This document shows, piece after piece, positions 12,701-21,700 of a DNA stretch of 64,000 bases; positions within the stretch are counted from its first letter, which is position 1; every line of letters starts with the position of its first letter. Position numbers and translations under genes: made by a program. Under the pieces are notes generated by a model. That model saw only the letters and a program-made list of their open reading frames with translations, was not told where the DNA came from and made no database searches. This DNA comes from a virus. The stretch lies in the IMG/VR virus record IMGVR_UViG_3300032285_001888, positions 8,934-72,933 of that record. One strand, 5' to 3'.

Positions 12701-15700
12701 TTGGTGGTTCAAGCACAGTAGCACAGACAACTACAGCTAACCTATATATCGGCATGCCAATTGTATTCACTACAAGTTCTGGTAGTATTGTTGCCGGTAC
12801 AACATATTATGTTGCCCAAGTGTTAACAGGAACAACGTTTACTATTGCAACAAGCTATGCAAATGCACTTGTACCAACCTTATTTGCAGTAGGCACAGGT
12901 AGTGCCAACGTTGGAACATACAGTTATAGTCAAAGTAAAACTGAGCGTGATGCCGGTTTAGTTATCCAAGGTTTAATTTTTGATATTACACACAATGGTA
13001 CATACCAAACAACTACTAACGTTCAAGCATATTTCACATCAACCGGTGCAACATTTACATCTGGAGTTAGCGCATACGATGTAATTCCTTTTAACTTGAG
13101 TTTGAACTATCTTGCAAATACTCTAATTCCAAACGTACTAGCTAATACTACACCAAGTACTAACTATCAGTTAATATTAAATCCAAGTATCGCAACAACA
13201 GGTGCAAGTGGTACTAGTACAGTTGCTACAATTACATATACTGGTTCAGCATTTGCTGTAGGTAGCTATATAACAGTAGCTGGAGTTACACCACTAGGAT
13301 ATAACGGTACATGGCAAGTGACCGCAAGTAGTTCAGGAAGTGTAAGCTTCTTGAGTTCAACTACTGGTAGTCAGACAGTTGCTGGTACGGTACAAACAGC
13401 CAAGGCTATTCAACAGATTAATTCAAGTTATACTGTTGAAAGCGGAACACAGACAAAAGCACAAACATTAATAGGCTATTTGACCAGCTGTTTATCAGCA
13501 GGTACAACTAACAATGTATTGCCTGCTGTTATTAATCCAGCTACTACTATCAGTATTAAAACTGGTACTTACAATGAAATTCTTCCAATAAACGTGCCAG
13601 CTTATACTGCACTAGTTGGTGATGAATTACGTTCAACAGTTGTGCAACCGTTTGCGGCTGATCCAGTATTGGCTACAGTTGTACCTAAGGCAGTAGTTGC
13701 TCTGAATAGAATTAAAGCATTGATTCCAAACTTGATGAGTAATACAACAATTACTCCAACTACTGGAAACACCGCAACACAAGTTACAAGCCTACCAGCG
13801 GCAAGCACAGGTAGTACCCTTGCTATTACTAATTTGCAAACAAGTTTTAATATTGTATTGCAACTAGTGTCTAACGGTCTAGGCGGCGAACCTGTTATTG
13901 TAATGCCACAGCCAACAGGTTATAGTGGCGGATCAATAACTAACACAGCGTATGCTACTACTTCGGGTAGCAACCCAACTGGTACTACAACTGGTTATGC
14001 AACTGCATTTACACAGATTCGTCAGAACTATAATTTCTTAATTACAGAAACACTTGTATACCTAATTGCTAATCCAGGAACCTCTGGTTTTACAGGACAA
14101 GCTGGTCAATATAATTTAGGTGTTAGAGATATTACCTATATACTAGACAGTCTATTATATGACTTAACTTATGGCGGAAATACACAAAGTTTAATTGCAG
14201 GTGCGGCATATTATTCACTAAACATTTTACAAATTACCAGTGCGCAATCGGCGGCTTATCAAGCGGCATTGACTCGTTTAAGAGCGGCCATTGTTACAGT
14301 TGCACGAGGAACAGCTTTTAGTGCAACATCGGGTAATAACGTTGTACAAGTCACAGTAGGTGGTGATGGTGGCGTAGCAGCCGCTAACTTTGCAGGCGAT
14401 CGTGTACAAAACGTTATAAACTGGATTGCAAACGGCACTGCTGATGCTACAGTTGCTCCTTATATCGGAGCACAAAGCATTGCACTACAAACTGCCTACA
14501 ACGCAGTATCAGCTTTAAACAGCAACATTGCTAGCGATGCACAGTATTGGGTTTATAAGTATTATCAAGGTGTAACTTATAGTAATCCAACATTAATCAA
14601 TCGTGATGCCGGCCTAATTGCGACTTATACTGCATATGACATGGTGTTTGGTAGTAACTTTAATGCTATTCAAATTGGTCGTGCATTTAATCGTGCTAAT
14701 ACAAGTGCTACAAACTTACGAAGTGCAACTAGCGGACAACTAGCACCTACGCTCGGTGCAATCAACTTCATGTACTACAAGATGAAACAGATTGCAGCCA
14801 GTGGAGCAGTAGCACAGATTCAAACTACTATTGATGATATTACAGCCTATATGCAAGGCGGCCCAGCGGCTCCTGCACAAATTATATGGCCACAGCCTGC
14901 ACTAGCAACAATAGCTACTAGTACTGGAGCATCCGGCGGCGCAACATACACTAGCGTATCTGGAACTACATTATCCGGCGGCGGATCAAGTGCTGTGTTT
15001 ACTATTGTACGAGCATACAACGGTAATGGATATTATAATTATACCATCACTCCAACTACCCCTGGATCAAGTTATACAGTTGGTAGTTTAATTAAAATTC
15101 TTGGAACAAGTATCGGCGGCTACACTCCAGTTAATGATATTATTATCAGAGTAACACAGGTAAACTCTGGTGCTATCCAATATGCTACATATTCTGACAC
15201 ATCATCTGCGGCCGGAATGTTAGAAGCTAACCGCGCATTCTTAATTGCTGAAGCAGTTGCATATTTTACCACCAACTACAGTTCATTAGTATCTAATCCT
15301 AACTACAGTCTTGCTAAAACACAGCGCGATATGGGTTACATCTTAGATGGTATACACTATGATTTAGTCTACGGCGGAAACTGGGCAAGTTCTAATGCTG
15401 GTATGGCTTATTATTCAGCACTGTATGGCACACAAATATCAGCAGGATTTGGAGCGGCATTTGCGGCAACTATCAACTGGGTAAGCACACTAGCTCAGCA
15501 AGTAGTAGTCAATACCACTGTAGGAAGCCCTGTCCAAGCAACAGTAACTCAAACACTACAAGTAGGTGCCGGCTTAATTGGTGCTAGCACTCATGCGGCC
15601 ACATTAGCTCAGTTGTTTGTAACCGTAACTGCTATTGTAACTAACGGATTAACAACTGGTGTTCCAACAGCAACGATCGTAACTATTAGCGGTACTAATA

Positions 15701-18700
15701 CATTCACTACTGGCACAACTGCAAATACAATTACTAATACTAACGGTACAGCAGTAACAATAACAGCGGCAAGTTATATCCAAGGTACTCCAATCGCAAC
15801 TGGTGCCTCTGTAACAACAACTAGCGGATTAGCAATTAATACAACTTATTATGTTGCGGCTACAATTACTAACTCTACAACAGTTACACTAGCAACTACA
15901 CTAGCTAACGCCTTGGCTGGAACAGCAATTACGTTCACTGGTGGATCAACAGCAATCAGCAACGGTGCAGTAACAGTTGGGTCAGCTAATCACGGACTAA
16001 GTGCTGGCGATATGATTATCCCGCAGTCAACTAGTAACGGATTGACTTCGACTATTATCGGTAGCACAGTTACTCCTTATTATGTCATCAGCACAGGTTT
16101 AACAACTACACAGTTCCAATTGTCAAATAGTTATAACGGTACAGCGATCAGTACATTTACTAACGGTACAGGTTTATCTCTAGCTATTCAGACTATTAAC
16201 ATGCCGCAGTTGAATACTGCAAATGCAACTACATTATCTGCATGGACTGCGGTAAGTGCGAGTGTACCAACATACCAGTCTGGTTCAACAGCATCATTTA
16301 CTGCTACAATTAACGGTACAACCACACTAAACGTTACCGCAGTAGCATCTGGTACTATTGCTTTAGGTATGAGTATAACTGGAACAGGCTTAGGTGGTGG
16401 AGCAACTATTACAGCATTTGGCACAGGCCTAGGCGGAACCGGCACATATATTATGAGTGTTGCGGCAACTAGCGGTACTGTTGCTATTCCAGTAACTGGA
16501 GTAACCGTGGCTGCGGTTAGCCAAGCTAGTGTTGTTGGTTACATTAATACCAACTATACTGCATTCCAATATCTATCAGCTTACACACAACGTGATGTAT
16601 TCAACGTTACACTAGCTATGTTCTTAGACACACTACTAGGTAGCAACTTTGCTACAGTCCAAGCTGGCCGAGCCTACAATAGAACGCAAGACTATAAAGT
16701 ACAAGGATATGAATTAACTGTAACAGTGGCGGCCTTAAACTACTTACAGACACTAGTAGCAACTACCCTATCAAGTTCGACATATACTTCACAACTAACT
16801 ACAGCTACTAACAATATTAATACAATTATTAGTTACGTTGGCTCAAGTCAATATGTTCAACCACAGGTGAATGGAACTGTAACCTACAATAATAGTGCAG
16901 ATATTATCAAAGGTGCTGAAATATTACGTGCTAATATTCCATTCTTGCAAGCTGAAGTATCAGCTTACTATACTTCTCTGTACTCTTATGCTATAACTTC
17001 GACAACAACTAGTACGAACGTAATTACAACAGGTTCAGCACATAGTTTTGTTGTTAATGATCCTATACAATTTACACCAACTACTGCATCAACAACTGCT
17101 ACAGCATCTAATGCAAACAGTGAAATTACTCTTAATAGCCTAACAGGAATTATTGTTGGAGGAAGTGTAGCATTTAGTACTAGCTTTGGTAATGTTATCG
17201 CAGGTACTACGTACTATGTGTTAACAGCTACCGGCGGCAAAATAACAGTTTCGTCAGCAAGTCCAGGCGGAGCATTATTTGTAACTGGTGTTGTAGCTAG
17301 CACTTCTAGCGCAGTAACATATACTGGTTTTGTATCTGGTAATCTAAGTGCTAATACAGTGTACTATATTGCAAGTGTACCGAGTACAACTACATTTACT
17401 GTAACCACTATTGAAGGATTCACCAACGTTAATACAGGTACTACAGGAACAGTAGTTAGTTTGCAGACAGTATCAACTCCAGCATTTAACGTAGTTTACT
17501 ATGCTCCAACTGTACTAACACAAACTGATATTAACTACTATCTAAACGGTATTGTCTATGACCTACAATATACAGGTAACTACAGAAGTTTACGTTATGC
17601 ACAGGTACTGTTAAATTCCGTTAACGGTTCTGCTCAAAGCAATTTCTTCTTAGTAAGAAATGCTAGTGGTATTCGTAATATGACCATGACAGGTCTAACA
17701 GGATATTTAAGCACTGCTAGCGTGGCATTTGGAACAAAACGTCCAACAGCTGGCGCCTACTCAAGTTTAGATCCAGGATTTGGACCAAACGACAGCAATG
17801 CTTGGATTTATTCACGTAGTTGCTATGTACAAAACTGTACAATGTTTGGATATGCAGTATATGGTGCTAAAGTTGATGGTGCATTGCACTCTGGCGGTTA
17901 CCATTCTATGGTTGCTAACGATTATACTTGTATTATTGGTGATGGTATTGGTTGGATGACAACTGGTGCAGGTTCGTTATCAGAACTTGTTTCGGTGTTC
18001 AACTACTATAGCTATGCAGGTTATATGGCAGAGTTAGGCGGACGTATCCGTGCTACTAACGGTAACTCATCATACGGTGTATACGGAGTAGTTGCTGAAG
18101 GAGTTGACACTACAGAAGTTCCATTGTATGCAACTTTAAATAATCGTGCAAACCCAGCAACAATTACCAACGTTGTAACTGATGCTCAAGCACAGGTATA
18201 TAGATTTGAATACGGAAATGCCGGTACGAACTACACAAGTAGTGTGCCAAGCATCAGCGGTTCTGGTTATAACTCGGCAGTATTCCAAGACGAATTTAGA
18301 AATGCGTCTATGTTTGAAACACGCCTAATTGACAAAGCTGACGGTAATGGTACTGGCGGCAGCAGTTATGTGACAGCTACTAACGTATCACAAGGTGGTA
18401 CTACCGGTTTAATTACCATCGCGGCAACTGACACTGCATTAACTAATGCCTACAACGGTGATCGCATCCAGCTCACAGCAGGTACAGGTGTTGGACAATA
18501 TGCTAACATCTTAACTTATACTAACAGCAGTAAAGTTGCACAGATCATCAAAGACTCATTTACACCAATTAGTGTAACAGCGTCAACCGCTACTACAGGT
18601 GTTAACACAACATCTGGTGTAATTACCACCAACTCATATTGGGGTACAGTATTGGCACCATGCGGCACGGTAACGGGTACTTTTGCTCCAGGTATGGTAT

Positions 18701-21700
18701 TAACCAGTGCTGGTACAATCACAGCCGGTACTTATATTACTAGTGCGGCAAACTCGGCAACATTAACTACAACAAGTATTACAAGCTCGGGCGGAAGTTT
18801 AGCAGGTACAGTTAGCCTAATCAGTGGTGCAGGCACAGCAGTAGCACCATGGGCCGCAACAATTACATTGAGCTCAGGAACAACTGCCGCACTAGTTGTT
18901 GGCGCTCAATTTGTTGCAACAGCAGGCGGTGGTACAATATATGGCGGATCACCAACTAGCGTAACAGTCACAGCTATTACTAGTTCAACCGTGTTTACCT
19001 ATGCAGTAGTCGGCGGCACAACACCGACAGCAGGTACAGTAACCGCAATTACTCAAGCAGTATTAGCCGCAAGTGCCGCAAGCAACTTGTTACCAGGCAT
19101 GGCATTAGCCACAGTTTCTACCCCAGCTTATGTTGCAGGACAAATTTCAGCAACTGGTACAATCGTTGCAACTGCTACATTTACTGGTACAAGCGGTACA
19201 AATACAATTACCCTAAGTACATTTACTGTTGGTAGCATTGCAACAGTTCTAGTAGGACAATTTATTGGCCCAATTAGTGGTATTCCAGCTAACACCTTTG
19301 TTACAGCAGTTAATCCTGTTACTAACATAATAACTATTAGTACTACATTATACGGCGCAGTTAGCGGTTCGGCAAGTACCTACACAGCAGGTGGTGCAGG
19401 AACATACGCACTAACTGCCGCAAGTTTTGCTACTATTACCGGTACTCCAACAACAGCTACTAGCTGGCCATTAAGTACAAGTCAAAGTCAGTATTCAGCT
19501 ACTGTTACAGGTACACTGTATTCATTGACTGTGGCAAGCACAGCTAATATCTACAACGGTATGCCAATATACCTTGGAACGGCAGTTGCAACATTAAGTG
19601 CAACAACATTGTACTATGCACAAGCTGTGACCAGTACTGGTTTCAGTGTTACAACTAATGCAGGTTATCCTGGTGCAGGTACTATTGCTACAGTTACAAC
19701 AACTACTACAGCAACCGTAACAGTAACAGCTACAAGCATTGTTAATAACTTAATCACAGCCGCAAATACTCTAACTGCTGGACAGACATTGACATTTGGT
19801 ACAGCGTTTACTGGAGTTGATACAGGAACTACATACTGGGTTAATGCAACTAACTTAACAACTAGTTCGTTCGCCATAAGTACAAGCCCTTTCAGTGGTA
19901 CGACTGTAACTATTACCAGTACTAATCCTTCGGTTAGTTCGACTGGTACTATCGGTACAGCAGTATATGCCGCAGGTTGGGATCATGTGTTGCCTGGATT
20001 TGTAAGTGCAACATTTGGAACACCTTCAACAACTATATCATATACAAATGCACTAGATTTAACCAGTGCATATATCATTGAACCACGTGTTAGTTACAGT
20101 GCTCCGGCTTATCTTCCAACGGCCAGAACAATTACCAGCGGTAGTTATTCAAGTCTAACCTACGGCGCAGGCTACTTTGTTGCATTAAACACTAGTGGAA
20201 CAGCAGTACAATATTCAACTAATGGAACAACTTGGAGTGCAGGCGGAGCATTACCAACAAGCACTACTTGGAGTAACGTAGTATACGGTGGTGGCCAAGG
20301 TGCTAGAGCAACAGCAGTTGTTGGCGGATTTGGCGGAGCAGGCGCCGTACTAACAGCAGTTATAGGTACAGGAACAACTGCTACACAAATTGTTAGCGTT
20401 ACAATCGTTAACGGTGGATATAATTATACAACACCACCAAACATTGTGTTCGTAAGTAGTAACGGCCCTGGTACTGGTGCAACTGCAACATGTACTGTGT
20501 TAAACGGTGCAATTACATCAGTCACAATGACCATTAACGGATCAGGATATACTGCGGCTCCTATAGTTACAGCCAATACCGGTATAGTTAGTAGTATAAC
20601 TATGAACACATGGGGTAAAAACTATTATAGTACTCCAACGGTTACTGTTGCACAGCCACAGGGATTAACACCAACAGTGTATCCTGTTAGTTCATCGGTA
20701 ACACAAAATACCTACTACCAAACAACTGCTGGTAGAATTTATCAGTGCGTAACTGCTGGTACAACTAGCAGTACTACACCGACATTTGACTATACAACAG
20801 CTACAGGCTACACTAACATTCAAAACGGTACTGCATATTTTACCTATATTGCAACTCAGGCAAGCGGAACAGCCGCTTATAGCAATGGTTCGATAACATC
20901 TATAGCACTAACCAATGCAGGTTATGGATACAATGCAGTTCCAGCAGTGACGATTGTAGACGGATCGGCAGCGTTTGTAGCTATTAGTTATTCAACTACT
21001 AGCCAAACTTATATTGCTACAAGTACTGCGGCAGGTATTCCAGCAACTGGTTGGAGCGCAATTGGTACAGGATCTAATGCTTACATAGCGATATCAAATA
21101 TCTACGGTATAACCTATGGTAATAATATCTATGTAGCAGTTGGCGGAGCTAACGGGACAGCAACAGCATTGTCTACAAGTTCTCCACAATCTTATACTAA
21201 CTGGGTTACAAGAACATTAACTGCTATTAGTGCAGGTTACTATTCGTCTGTAGCATTTGGTGCAGGCGGTAATAGTTCAGGTACATTTATTGCTATCAAC
21301 TATGGTGGTAATATAACCAGTATTTCTAACAACGGTTCAACATGGACTGCTGGCGGAACATTACCAAGCACACAACCTTGGACCAGCATTGCCTACGGTA
21401 ACAACAGATTTGTTGCTCTAGCAAAAACTGGAGCAGTGGCCTACACAGTTAACTACGGTACTAACTGGTATGCAAGTCCAGTGTCTAATGGTTCTTTCCC
21501 TAGCACGTTAAGTCCAAGCTATGTATGGACACAGATAAGTTATGCAGAAGGTGTGTTTGTCGCTATCAGCCAGACTAACGTAAGTGCTACAAGCCCAGAC
21601 GGTATTACTTGGACCTTACGTACAATGCCAAGCTCAACGAACTGGAGTGCAATAGCATTTGGTAATCCAAATAATATTTCAAGCACAGTAATAGGAAGCC

